DNA of 64,000 nt, taken from the NCBI GenBank assembly GCA_964106645.2, contig OZ067054.1; one strand, written 5' to 3'. Numbering within the stretch: position 1 is the first letter of the stretch; every line of letters begins with the position of its first letter. Positions 33,941 through 46,793 of the stretch are shown here, piece by piece. The translations under genes were made by a program, and so were the position numbers. The notes under the pieces were generated by a model. That model did no database searches and was not told where the DNA came from. It saw only the letters and a list, made by a program, of their open reading frames with translations. The stretch comes from Podarcis pityusensis. Its lineage: Eukaryota.

Positions 33941-36808
33941 GCTCCAGATGCACAGGTGTCCTACAGTGCAGAAGGGCAGACATTGGATGGATCCATCATG
34001 GGAGTCCCTCAGCAGATCTTGACAGCCACCTCCCCTCAGACTATCCCTGCTCCACAGATGGTGAACCAACATCTGCCAGCTAACATACCGTTAACCTCTG
34101 CTGCTAGAATCGGTAGTCAGGCTCCAGCTGCTGCAGGATCAATGGAACTGGAGCATGCTTCTGCCAGCTTTGTGCCTGCTGGTCATTCACCTGTGCTACA
34201 GGGGCAGCCTTCAGTTCAGTTTGTCAACAATATGCCAAGTTTAGCACAGGCTCTTCCTAACCCTTCAGCTCTGCCGTCAGTTCCACAGGGAGTTACCTCC
34301 ATTCAACAACCCCAGCAAGTTCCCCAGCAGGTATCAGCTGCACAGCAGCCCCAGCAGGTGGTGTCAGTTCAACAGATGCCCCAGCAAGTTCCCCAGCAGG
34401 TGGCACCCATGCAGCAGCCCCAGCAAACTGTTCAGCAGGTGGCATCTACACAGCAGGCTCCTCAACACATGGTGTCAATGCAGCAGGTTCCACAGCAGAT
34501 GGCATCCATGCAGCAGCCCCAGCAAATTCCCCAGCAGGTGGCACCCATGCAGCAGCCCCAGCAAACTGTTCAGCAGGTGGCATCTACACAGCAGGCTCCT
34601 CAACACATGGTGTCAATGCAGCAGGTTCCACAGCAGATGGCATCCATGCAGCAGCCCCAGCAAGTTCCCCAGCAGGTGGCACCCTTGCAGCAGCCCCAGC
34701 AAGTTCCCCAGCAGGTGGGATCCATGCAGCAGCCCCAGCAAGTTCCCCAGCAGGTGGCACCCATGCAGCAGCCCCAGCAAGTTCCCCAGCAGGTGGCACC
34801 CATGCAGCAGCCCCAGCAAGTTCCCCAGCAGGTGGCACCCATGCAGCAGACCCAGCAAGTTCCCCAGCAGGTGGCACCCATGCAGCAGACCCAGCAAGTT
34901 CCCCAGCAGGTGACAGTGCAGCAAGTTCCCCAGCAGGTGGCACCCATGCAGCAGCCCCAGCAAATTGCCCAGCAAGTGGCACCCATGCAACAGCCCCAAC
35001 AAGTTCCCCAGCAGGTGGCACCCATGCATCAGCCCCAGCAAATTGCCCAGCAAGTGGCACCCATGCAACAGCCCCAACAAGTTCCCCAGCAGGCAATGTC
35101 CATGCAGCAGCCCCAGCATGTTCCTCAGCAAGCAACATCCATGCAGTCCCAGCACGTTCCTCAGCAGTTGGTGGCTATGCAACAGCCCCAGCAAGTTCCC
35201 CAGCAGGTGGCACCTGTGCAGCAGCCCCAGCAAGTTCCATCCATGCAGCAGCCCCAGCAAATGGCCTCTATTCAACAGCTTCAGCAGGCAGCAGTAATGC
35301 AGCAGTCTCAGCATATTCCCCCACAAGTGGGCTCCATTCAGCAATCTCCACAAATTCCCCAGCAGGTTGGTTCCATTCAGCAGTCCCAGCAGGTTGTGCC
35401 AGTACATCAGGTCTCTGCCGTGCCACAGCCGATTCAACTTCCACAGTGCCCACAGTATCCCACGCTGCCCCTCAATGCTTCGGCGCAGCCTTCCCTGGTG
35501 CAGCAAGAGCAGCAAGCTATTCAGATGCACCAATCCACAGATCAACATCCTTGTGTAAGGCAACAGATGTTATACCACCTGCCCCTACAGCAGCAGAAAC
35601 AAGAACAGTTTCTTTTCCAGGGCAGCTCTACGGAGCAGCTGGCAGCTGTCACTCAACAAGTTGTAGAAAAGCCGCAGCAGGCCGAGCTCTCGGGTTCAAC
35701 TCCAGAGCAGGTGGCTTATCCCATCCAGTACCACCTGCAAGCCCCAGAACAGCTAATATATCAAACGCAGCCCCCCCACCAGCTCCCAGCTTCAGAGCAG
35801 CTGACACCTCAAGTGCAACCCACCAACCAGCTCCAGGCACCAGAGCAAGCACCATGTCAGATGCGTGTCGCTTACACAATGCAAGGCTCCGATCAGCCTC
35901 CGTGCACAGAGCAACTGGTCTATGCAGTCCCTGGAGTGTATCCAGGACAGCCCTTGGACCAACCGACATATCCAATGCAGTCTTTTTACCAAGGACAGGC
36001 AGCTTTCGTAAACCAGCCAGCGCCATATCTAATTCCGCCTCCAGAGATCCAGCAGGCTCACTTAGCAGTACAGGTTGCAGATCAACGGAGTTTTGCCATG
36101 CGCTCTCCTGAGAAATCGTTATATACGGTGCAGGATAGTGGCACTGGCTGCATGGAGCAGCAAGTTTGCCTAGGGCAACCAGTGGAGGCCCATGCTTATC
36201 CCTCTGAGCAGCTCCAGCCTGAGCAATCAACATATCTGATCCAGCAGGATTCCGGCATGGGGCACCAGCAACTGCAGCCTCCTCAGGCGGGACACAAGTT
36301 TGCAGAAGGCCAACACCCAGGATCGCAGGCCCCTTTTGTCCCATCTCAGCCATCTTTTATCCCACAAATGCAGCCACAGGCTCCCTATCAAGAGTTCAAC
36401 CAGCATGCTATTCCTCAGCCCCTCAACGCCACAGTCCCACAGTCTGCCCCAAACGCACCACAGACGGTGTCTTCCATGCCAGAACAGTCAGAGCCAGCTT
36501 ATGCAAGGCAACAGCCGCCAGAACTGCCCGGGCACCTGCATGGTCCTAGCCTCCTCCAGCAACCTCCAGCATTTCAGCCAGCTGATAATAACCAACCATT
36601 TACAGCTTCCTCAGTACAGTCAGCATATGTGCAGCAGCAGCAGCTGCCAATGTGCCAGGGGTCCGTGTTGCCTGCAGAGCCAGTGGTCCAGAAGCAGGTC
36701 CCTTCAACGAGTTCTGGAGCAGCATCAGCAGCCCTGAACCAGCAAGCATCACTTAGCGCAGGGACACAGCCACACCAAGAACACGTTCAAGGACAAGACA
36801 TTTCACAG
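33941..36808 (+). CDS. WNK3: WNK3 giant Gln/Pro-rich exon (956 codons)
   Basis: ttcttctcaccag|APDAQVSYS...QGQDISQ|gtatat; 2868 nt without a stop, phase 0/0, in frame with both neighbours. Composition switches to intron-like after 36808. Confidence 0.85.
34305..35395 (+). repeat. Coding tandem repeat, 39-bp unit (QQPQQVPQQVAPM), with a 138-bp duplication
   Basis: Unit CCCCAGCAAGTTCCCCAGCAGGTGGCACCCATGCAGCAG; a 46-aa block is repeated at 34391 and 34529. Confidence 0.95.
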
Positions 36809-37066
36809 GTATATCATTTGTTTTTTTTAAAAAAAATCCTGTTTCCCAGGATTCCCGCCCCCTTCAAAAGAAAAGAGAGTCACAACAAAATGGCTAAGTA
36901 TTTTGACTTTGTAATGGTGATTGCATACTTTAGGGCCAAATTGGATGAGGTGTTCCATGCTTCTGTATCTGGCTGTCAGGGCTCTCCCCAGGTCATGCCC
37001 CTCCACACTGGCCTGGCTTGCTTGAGTGTGTTTGCGGGGCTGCAAAGCGCCTTTGAGCTGTGGTAC

Positions 37067-37622
37067 GATCATGGATTGGCTGGATGCAGAGGAATGGTGG
37101 GAGGCACCAGCCGAGGAACCCCCCCCTCCAAGGGAAGAGGATTCAGAGCCAGGAGCTTGGTGGTGGGTGGCCAGAGAGAGAAGAGGGTGAAGCAGAAGAG
37201 GTAACAGGGTTTAGTGAGAAGGGAGAGACTGTGGCAGAGAGCAGTCCAGAGGTAGAGATAGAAATGGGATGGGGAGGAATGGGGCCAGAAGGCAGAGGGG
37301 CTGGCTGCAGAAGAAGCCAGACAGTCTCCCCATTCTGGTGTGACCAGCTCCTCTCCCTGCTGGTCTCCTTAGAACACGCAGAGAAATCAAGAGGGCAGGG
37401 CAGAGCTGGGTTGTGCGCAGACGCCACCTGAGACTGAGTGGGAAAGACCCTGGAGAGGAGGAGTCCCAGTGGACACTGGGAAGGCAGGCATCTTCAGCCC
37501 TCACAACTGCTTCATTGGGGCAAGACCTTGAAAGAGTTGCTGAGACCACAGGCCAGACTTGTGGTTTGTTTCCATTGATTTATTGTTTTGTTGCTGCCCT
37601 ATGCCTGACTCCAGCCCTGACA
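37067..37622 (+). mobile_element. Probable solo LTR (left boundary uncertain)
   Basis: Purine-rich body ending CCCTGACA, organised like the LTR at 3856-4311; no clear TSD. Confidence 0.4.
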
Positions 37623-38170
37623 GATGTGCCCCTTGCTTCCTGAATGAAGAGTAGAGAGGTGTGGGTTGAAACCCAGAGTGTAGCCTTCCTGTGTACCAAG
37701 GCAAGAGTTGCATCTGTTGGTCTGCCCGCTTTTGCCCATCCCGCTTTTGGCACACAGGCCCTGGAAGGCAGCCCAGGAGGAAATGCTGCTCTCCGGCAGA
37801 AAAAGCTTTCTCTCCCCTACACAGTCCCCACAGCTTGGGTTTGTTTAGCATGGGATGGTGGTGACATTTTCTTCAGCGCAAACAAGACTCAACCAGAAAC
37901 TCTTGTTCTTTCGAGAGGGTGCAGAGTTAACCAAAAGTGTTTCCTGTTTTGTGTTTAATTTCTTGCTAATCAGATTTGTGTGCTTCTAATCTGCTTCACA
38001 AGTGGTGTTTTTGACAACTGGCAGGCATAGCCTTCCATGAGTGCTACGTGCAAGACTGGGTTTAAACAATGGAAAAATTGTTCTAATCCAGTAGCCCTGT
38101 CAGGAAAAAGAGGTCAACCCTAGTCCCTCCTTTCTTTGTCTATGGTCACACCTCTGCCAACCTGATGGTT

Positions 38171-38296
38171 GCCTTGTAGCTCAGTCAGCAGAGCATGAGA
38201 CTCTTAATCCCGGGGTTGTGCCCCACATTTGGCAAAAGATTCCTGCATTGCAGGGGGTTGGACTAGATGACCCTTGTGGTCCCAATTCTATGATTT
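38171..38296 (+). mobile_element. tRNA-Lys(CTT)-derived SINE with CR1 3' tail
   Basis: TAGCTCAGTCAGCAGAGCATGAGACTCTTAATCCCGGGGTTGTG (T-arm deleted), followed by AAGATTCCTGCATTGCAGGGGGTTGGACTAGATGACCC. Confidence 0.75.
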
Positions 38297-40017
38297 TCTT
38301 CCTGCTTCATCTTAGCTTGCCCTGCTTTGTCCAGCCACACTGTCTTTCAACCAGCAGTGTTCATCCAGCATTTTTCTCCACCCCTTTCTGCCCCATTTAA
38401 TACAGCTTCGACTGCCTTGTTTCAATAGTCCTCTCCTTTTGCTGGTCACTTTCTTCCTTAATTCCCTGTCTCTTTTCCTCTGCTTCTACCATCTGCTGTT
38501 CTTTTAGGTTTCTGTGACTGCTTCCACACTGGACATGTACTGCTTCCTTACTCATGCAAGATGGCATGAACAAAACATTTTCCTCTCACTTTTTCCCTGT
38601 TCCACTTCCTTTTTTATGAGCTTAGAAAACGCAACTTTTTCTCAACTTTTTTCGTAGCTGCATACAGTACATTCCCTGGGCATTGGTGGGCTACTGTGCT
38701 GTTATTCTGGCCTATAGTGACCTGTATAGATTGTCCCACCCCTTTCCTAGATTGCTGTAGCTACTTTTTCTCTCTCTGGTTTGTTTCTCCTCTCTAGGAA
38801 TTAGTTCTATCAGTCTGACCTTTCTCTTTCCAAAAAGTGTTGCACTCTTTCTCCCACTCCTCCTTACATTGCAGCAATGGGGTGACATGATAAGGAGTAC
38901 CGTGAAGGAGGAGGTAGTCTTCCCTCCCCCCTGGTCCCAATGACCCCCCTCTCAGTAACTGGAGTTGGGAAAAGAGGGACTCAGAACAAAGTGTTAGGGT
39001 CTGCCTTCAAGAAGTGTGGAGGCTGAGTTGCTCTTCAACTTTCAGCTGAAAGCAGTACCAAAATGATGAGGGATTGCTAAATCATCCATACCTGGAAGCA
39101 CCTTTTATCTCTGTTCATTGCAGACTCTTTCCCGTTCTTTTGGCTACCTGAGCCTCTTGTTCCTTAGCTTCATCATCTCCCGAGACCTCTTCTTGCTCAT
39201 CTTGCCTACTGTGACAAGATAGCTCTTAGGGTTAGCACACAGTTTCAGTTCTAGACAACCTGATTTCTCATTTCTGAGGAGAAACTATCTGAACATCCCC
39301 TGTTGCCTATTTTGTGTTCTCAGCACTTTCCTTGTTGCAGTTGTGTCTGTGGATAAAGGTCTCTCCATTCTCCTGCATATCTAATCATGCCACCAATGTC
39401 ATTTGTAGCTATTTGTGACACCTTCAAACTGCGTACTGGATTATAGACTGTAATCTAGTGATCTAGCACAATGCTGTGTCTATTCCATAAAAAGGAAAAA
39501 TGTTGTGGATAAACTAGGTTTAACCTCCTTAGAATGTTTTATCCTTTCCGTTATGCATACAAGAGGTGGTCATTCTAATGATCTTTAGAGATTGTATGTC
39601 TTTAACTGTAGAGTAACTTGCCTCAGCTTTCCACTTTAATAACTTTTATTTTCACTTTTTCTCCTGGGATTGCAAATAGCAAGCATACATTTCTGAGACT
39701 GTAAATATTTTCCTAACCATGGATGGGAAATATTTTCAAAGCAAATGCAAAGCTTGGAATAGAATCTCGAGAGCTAGATATTGTTCAAGGTTATCTTTAG
39801 AACTGGTGCTGAATGTTACTAGAAGAAGAAGAAGGGGGGGGGGAGCAGATCCAGGTCCTGAGGATGTCAGCCTGGAAAAGTACGATTGTGTTTCATTTCA
39901 AGCACACAAATTGTTTGCATTTTGTGTAATTACTTAATTTGCTTAGTATCGCTGCATCCAAGTGAGGATGGCAAATGCAGAACCAACATAATTAATTTTC
40001 TCCCTCCCTATTTCTAG

Positions 40018-40076
40018 GCTTCCATCTTGGTACCAGAACAACAGCCATCAGTTCAAAAGCAGGATTTTGTTCAAGG
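40018..40076 (+). CDS. WNK3: WNK3 small exon
   Basis: ttctag|ASILVPEQQPSVQKQDFVQG|gtgagt; 59 nt. Phase 0 to 2 is required to join the 41525 exon. Confidence 0.85.
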
Positions 40077-41524
40077 GTGAGTCTGCTCCAAGGTTAATTT
40101 TTTTGGCCTGGTGGAAGGCAGGAATGCTAAGTGCATGGAGATCAAAACTAGTGAACATCTCCATTTTCCATACAGAGAAGACAAGCTCAAGGCTTGCAGA
40201 GGGGTGGGAAGGGGGGAGTTCACTTCAGCCAGAAGAAAGCTGGCAGAGTTGTGGTAGGAAGAAACATTATTGAAGCATATGTACCCAAAGATAGGAACTC
40301 TCATCATTCTCCCCCTGCTAAGAACTTCAGTTAAATTTAGGGAAGTAAATACTTAGGATAACTGTTAGGAATTTTCTGATCAAAGCAGTAGTGTGCTAGA
40401 AAGTTAATTTATGGATTTCACTGGAAGACTTTAGGTTTGGGATTCCCAGAATTTGCTAATCCTCAATGCCAGTGCCAAACCTTTTGCTAAATGAGATGTG
40501 AACTAAATGACACCTTCCCTAGCCCCCCCTCACAGCCTAAGGTCACCAGTTGAAAAGCTTTCCCCACATCCATCTCTCCCTCCTCCCCAGTCATGTTACC
40601 AGCCGCTTGCTGCAGGGTCCAGCCCTGTGCCTTATTACCCTAAGGTAAGGACTAGTCCTGGTCTCCCCATAACTCCCCCTTCTGTACATCTGCAAAGGTG
40701 CCATCTATCCATTAGCTTGCTCTGCATGCCACCCCAAGCACCACTAAGACAAAGTAAAGAGAACAATAGTAAGAAAATGTTTGTGAAGTGCTTTTCCTGA
40801 GTGTTTGCAGTACTTGAGAAGACACTTCGTACACAACTACGAAGTTGTGTGGGAGCCAGTTCTCCATAGCTTTGCTACTTCCATTTTGTTGCAGTAACCT
40901 TTAGTGCAGTAATCTGGGCCTTTCTCACCTGATCATTGCCTAGAGGACAGTGGATGGAAGGGTGGGCATTGTTGGTCCCATCTATGTGGCACTGGGATGT
41001 TGAACATGATCACAGTGGCCTAGAAAGAAGTCAGGGAAATCCCGCTGCCCCACAGATAGAGTAATGTATACAATAGGGGGACCATCAACAGCCCTGTAAG
41101 TTAAGCTAATATTCTCCCCATTACAGATGTAGTGTGTCTGTCTCTCTCTGTGTAGCTGAGACTGAGAGAAATGTGGTTTGTCCATGTAAATTTCACCCAT
41201 TTGAATTTAAGTGTTTAACCATCAATGGTAGTGTGACAAAATAAATGCATATACCATAGACAGCAATGTCTGCCTATGGTACCTAGCCACCTTCAACTCA
41301 CTTAAAAAGTAGTGTTTGTCACCAGCCCTACTTTGATCTACGGTATTTCCCTATTCAAATATTGAAGCTGCTGTGAGGTAATGCAAGCCCTCATTTGGGC
41401 TAGTTGATAAAAGGAAAACAAAGATTTACTTAATGTTCAGAAGTTACAGAGAGCAAGGCTTCCCCTCAGAAGTGTCTCGGTGTGCTCCTTCTAAGAGTGC
41501 TCACCAATTTTCCTATCTTTTAAG

Positions 41525-41672
41525 ACCGATTCCTGATGTAGCCATTCAGAAGGAAGGTGCCAATGGATGTGACCTTCCAAGTGGAAATGGCAAACAAGAC
41601 AAAAGCAAGCAACGGAGAGCTTCATGTGCCCGAACAGAGAAGGGAACCAAATTTCAGCTCACTGTACTGCAG
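41525..41672 (+). CDS. WNK3: WNK3 exon
   Basis: ttaag|PIPDVA...[31 protein letters not shown]|gtatgt; 148 nt. Confidence 0.92.
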
Positions 41673-43018
41673 GTATGTATGTTTTAACAATCAAGGCTAA
41701 ACCATGCATAGCTCCAGAACAGAATTCAATGGAATAATATCTGTCTGGAAAATAGATTTGAGGTTGTTTATCTGGGCTCTACTACCACCGTTGTACAAAT
41801 TCCCATTTGCAAGCAATGCTTTAATGACTATAAATTCTGCAACTATGTGTGGAATTCAATTGGAGTATGTGTCCAGAGAATGAGATCCACTAATGCAATG
41901 AGACTTTTCCACCCTCTCCTTACCCTGAATGACCCCAAACCTTTTCTGGGTTTCCCCCCAACCCCCCCCAGCAGATTTAAATGGTGCAGGAGGGTGCACA
42001 GGGGTAGGAGAGGATGGAAAGTTCCATTGTACGGGGACTCCTCATTCTGCACATGCAACAACTTAGTTGAATCCTGCCCTTGGACTCCAGATAATCTGGT
42101 TAATATATGTTAAGAAGAAGCCCTTTGGCTCAGTCAATTCTTATATTCACAGATCATATTTCAGGGGGCACCTCAATATGGGGAAACAGAGTTTCCCCAT
42201 ATTGCTAGTTGTTCTTTTAACACCATCTTTGAGCAGAAGAGCACTTTTATGACTTCTATAATCTCAGATTTGCCTAGAATCAGTCTTTGTGGATGGTAAA
42301 TTGTGGGATGAATTTTGAGACTTGCAAAATGGACTGATTAAAACAATTGATTTATCCAATGTTGTACACAATTAATGTTTCTACCCTGGTTTGTGTGCCC
42401 GGTGTCAGAGATAGCAGATGACTTCACAGTTTTTTGTGTATCTTTTTAGCTTAAGTTTATTCTTGCAGCTTCACAAGATCAGAAAGGAATGGGTTCAGGT
42501 CAGTTGCTTTTAAAACAACATAATGTGTGAACAGGATCTAGAATCCATTCCAAATGTTATTGAAGGCAAGTATTTGGAATCAGGTCATAACTGGAGGGAA
42601 AAATTTGAATATAGTCTTTGGGTGAAGAAGTATATTTTCAAGCCTCCAGCAAATGCTTATTAAGTCTTTGGATGGAATATTTGAAACTGAGGTCACTGAA
42701 TCCCAAAGACCATCAAGTGCTGGCATTTTCAACAGATGCCGGATTCTACAGAAATGAATCCTATCTATATTCATTATCATACTATAGGACAACATATAAT
42801 GTCTACATAATTATCTATTCAAAACAACAACAAAGATAATAGGTAGTGTTAAACCTTTTTAGTTATTGGTGCTTTGCCACTTCAGCCTTTGGACAAGTGC
42901 TGTCATTTTACAGGATTGGTGTCACACCAGTCAGGTAGAGGTGATCTTTGTTTGCCAAGAATTGAAGAAGAAGCAGGTTCTGACTCTGTCTAATTACTCA
43001 ACCCCCACCTTCAATCAG

Positions 43019-43135
43019 GTGTCAACATCGGGGGACAACACGGTGGAGTGCCAGCTTGAGACTCATAACAACAAGATGGTCACATTTAAATTTGATGTTG
43101 ATGGAGATGCTCCGGAAGACATTGCTGACTACATG
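43019..43135 (+). CDS. WNK3: WNK3 exon, CCT2 domain; GC donor
   Basis: atcag|[39 protein letters not shown]|gcaagt; 117 nt. Confidence 0.93.
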
Positions 43136-44511
43136 GCAAGTTTCATAGAGCCTGCTTTCCACTAGAGATTTCTTGTTCAAATGCTTGGGTTGCTCAGGAC
43201 AATGTGCAATAGCCTTGTGTCTTGTTCATAGCATTTCTCAAGATATGGAAACCCCTGAGGTCTAACCTTAGTCTTCCACTTGACATGCCCTTGACTTGCA
43301 CAGATTATTTTGAGAACTAGCTTTGAGAGGCTTTGGGGCAAGATCCTAAAAATGGGGCTGCTGAAGGAATCAATGAAAACTGGGTTTGGAAGTTTGACTA
43401 AACTCAGCCTCCCAGGCACTGTCACCTTTGGAAACGTTGCGTGTAAGGACTTAAAGACAAACATTTTAAAAATCCTTAAACCATTTGAACTAACCTTCTA
43501 AGTTATTATTTCAGGTTTGCTGCAGACTCCTGCAGGACCATCTGTTGTTCCTTGGGTTAATAAGATTCAAAATGGTGTTTTAGCCCTAAACATTAGAAAC
43601 TCGGGGTGGGGGGGGAGTGCAGGTTGGATAAATTCATTTAATTCAATGGAAGAAGGTCTTGCCTCCTTATAGACACTCCCCCCCTTTTCCTATTTCCTTC
43701 ATTGCACAAGTTGTGTTTTTATATCTCGTTTATAATTTTATCCATTTCATTCACTTCTGAATTTTTTACTTTTCTTTGACTTTATCATCAAAAGCTCCTT
43801 GTATTATACTTACATTATTTTGTTGTTAATGTTTGTTTTTCTCTCGTGTGTATTGTCTGCTTTTGTTGTTCAGTAAAAATTAACTTTTTAAAAAATAAGC
43901 GTCCAAAGACTTTGACAATAGTACACATTTCTTCTTTAGACATAAAATTTGCTGCCTGATCCTATACATCTTTTAACTGGGGTAGGGGGTTTGTATAGCC
44001 CCGCTCAAGGTGTTGTGGATTACAAATCCCATCAACCCTGATCCTTTGTCACTGGCCATGCTATCTTGCAGGCATCACTCAGGTAATGGATTCCATTGGA
44101 TGCACTGAGGCTAAACCCCACCCAGGGAGCCATTGGGTGCTTCTGGGGGTGGGGCCAGGACCTGTGAGCAGATTTTGAGGGAAACTTTCTTCCTGTGGTC
44201 GGCTTCTGGATTATAATTAGGTCTGGCGCCTGATTTTGGCATTTTGCAAAATAATATGTTTAGAAAAAGGAATACTTAAGTATAGTAATACCATTTTAGA
44301 ATGAGTATGTTCCTCCCCTATTACTGGGGAAACTTGAGATGGCTTCTTGCTACATAGACACTGGCACAATTTCAATTGTTTTGGCTATATATGAGTTTTC
44401 CTTCAGCCAAACAATATTATTCGTTTGGAAAGCTAAGATTTCTCTGATTGTATAAAATGTAATAGAAGATGCACTTACATCTTCTACCCTGTTTTTTCCT
44501 TCCCATGTTAG

Positions 44512-44661
44512 GTTGAAGATGACTTTGTGTTGGAAAATGAGAAAGAGAAATTTGTTGATGAACTGAAGGCTATTGTTTGCCAGGCCCAGGACATCATCCG
44601 CAGTCTTCCGGTTGAAGAGCGAACTACTGGCACAGAGTCTACACCTTCTGATCTTACCCAA
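44512..44661 (+). CDS. WNK3: WNK3 exon, CCT2 C-terminal half
   Basis: gttag|VEDDFVLENEKEKFVDELKAIV...SDLTQ|gtaagt; 150 nt. Confidence 0.93.
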
Positions 44662-44759
44662 GTAAGTTATGTTTGTTTAGTGATACCACTTTTCTGGGAA
44701 AGTGTGTGCTTGTATTGGGAAATTCCCTTTTTATATTTATCTATTCATTTTTAATTCAG

Positions 44760-44811
44760 ACAGGATCTTCTGAACAAGTTCAGATAAACCCAGCATCTAC
44801 TCAAACTGGCA
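44760..44811 (+). CDS. WNK3: WNK3 small exon
   Basis: ttcag|TGSSEQVQINPASTQTG|gtaagt; 52 nt after a 98-nt intron. Confidence 0.9.
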
Positions 44812-46131
44812 GTAAGTAACTATTTTAAAACATTTAACATTGAAGGTCAAACAAAAAAACAAAACAAAACCACCCTCCTTAAAGGTGAAAGTGATGAAAA
44901 TAGTGGATATTTTGGCAGGAACTAAAGCAGATTTGTTCCTTGTCAGTTAGGCTGCCTTTTGTCTCTCAAATCTTCTTATGGTAGTTCACGTCTTAGGTGG
45001 AGTCATCTTGGCACATATAATTGATTCTCTGCAATGGTCCTGATAACTGTATGGGAAGATTGTAAAGATTTTGAGTGACATTATTCAAGGCTGAAAGAAG
45101 ACATTTAGAAATCTTCTATCAATTAAGCAGTATATACATTTAAAATAAATAAATAAACAAGTTCTTAATGAGTATAGCCAAATTGGCATCAATTCTGGGG
45201 GTGGTTTGATGTAGCTGAGCAAAGAAAAAGGTCTGGATTTTACCTTTAGGAAACTAGAATCCAAATTCCTTCATTGTGTTTGGTAGTGACTCCTTACATT
45301 ATCCTAAAGCAGGTGAAGTTACAAGCCAGCTTCCATACTTATAGAAGGATAGCCAATTAGGTGCCCTCCAGATGCCATTGGACTACATGACCAAGTTGCC
45401 TGGGGCTGATGGGACTGGAGTAGGATCATAACTAGAGGGCATCATGCTGTCTACCGCTAACTTACAGTTGGTGATGTGGTTTGAAGTGTCTGGAAATCTA
45501 GCCAGTTCAAAATTTCCTTTTTGAGGTTGACTACAAAAATACCCCTATGTTTATGTAGCAAATATCACGTGTGGTGTCATCAGTTGTGAAATGTGGCGTG
45601 CACATTTAAATGGCTGAGTTTTCATTTAAGAAATACAGAAGCAATGGTTGAAAGAGGGAAAGATGCTCTCTCTTGTGTATGGGATTTTTCGTAGTGGAAA
45701 GTGAAATGCACACAGTCAACTGTGTTCCTTTATGTGATACGAAGGCAGCTACTTACCATGATGGACTACTTTTCAAGCACATCAGAAGAGTCCAACATTT
45801 TACTTGGCTACTCTTTGTTCCATTAACACTGAATGATCTCTTTTTCTCTGATTCTGGTATGACCTTTGTATCAACAGAACAATGCCAGTGGTATGTTTGT
45901 TTTTTCCCCACAAGTTGAGCATCTGTCTGCTCTTGATTTGTTATTTCTTCCTGCTCCTGGAGGACTGGAACACTTTGGCCAGGATCCAACAAACCATAGT
46001 TCCGTGCAATTAAGGGGAACTTTGGGTGTGTTTCTGAAAGAGGAGTCTTCCTTACCACATGTCAGAGCAATTCTGAAACTGAGGAGAACCTTTCAAAAGC
46101 AGACTGTGATATAGCATAGGGATCAGCTGTT

Positions 46132-46134
<3 letters not shown>

Positions 46135-46184
<50 letters not shown>
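46135..46184. repeat. (TA)n microsatellite
   Basis: Direct reading. Confidence 0.95.
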
Positions 46185-46186
<2 letters not shown>

Positions 46187-46793
46187 AGCATGTTTAAACC
46201 CTGGGTAAGCCTGAAGCTGTTGTGCTGAACACTTTGATAAATGTTTATTCGGACTACTAATAAGAGGTACATATTACAGTTACTTGTTTGTTCAATTTGT
46301 ATCTCACCAAATGGTGTTCAAGGCAGCAAACGGTGCTCAAGTGATAAATGTAGATACTGTTCCCAATGGCAGAGTGTTACAGGTTTTTGTCTCAAACCAG
46401 CAAGTGTTCTTAATACAGTATGGTATAAGCGGGGTAAGCACTATGATAAAAATGAGATGTACAATGCCATCCAGGTCCAAATTAGAGAGCCCTCTCTTCT
46501 TGAGCCAGAAGGAAATACTGGATTAAAAGTACATCTACTGAAACTGGATAATGGCCCTATTATTTTATGGATAATTATTTTAATCATATGTTCTTGTTAA
46601 ATGATTTGAGCTTCTTAACTTGCGGCCTAGAGTCACGGGCTAGTTTCTTGTAATTTGGTGGGACTGTTTGTGAGAAATAGTAGTGTAACAGAATATTCCT
46701 GTTGTTATCTGAGCAATGTGATATGGGAAAACCCGCAACAAGTGCACCAACACATGTCTGATCCTGACTTTATTTATTGATTGATTGTATTTA

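Noticed and set aside
34584-35563. Antisense ORFs such as the 316-aa (LLGNLLGLLHGCH)n
   Set aside because: Shadow frames of the CAG-rich coding repeat.
36809-37204. C-terminal part of the 1082-aa ORF as a standalone gene
   Set aside because: Read-through past the donor at 36808 into T/A-run intron and LTR-like sequence; the composition changes abruptly.
36974-37622. LTR bounded by TGTCAGGGCT...AGCCCTGACA
   Set aside because: The 10-bp inverted match exists but the flanks (CTGGC vs GATGT) give no TSD, so the left boundary is not accepted.
38171-38235. Functional tRNA-Lys gene
   Set aside because: The T-arm is deleted and the sequence is fused to a CR1 tail.
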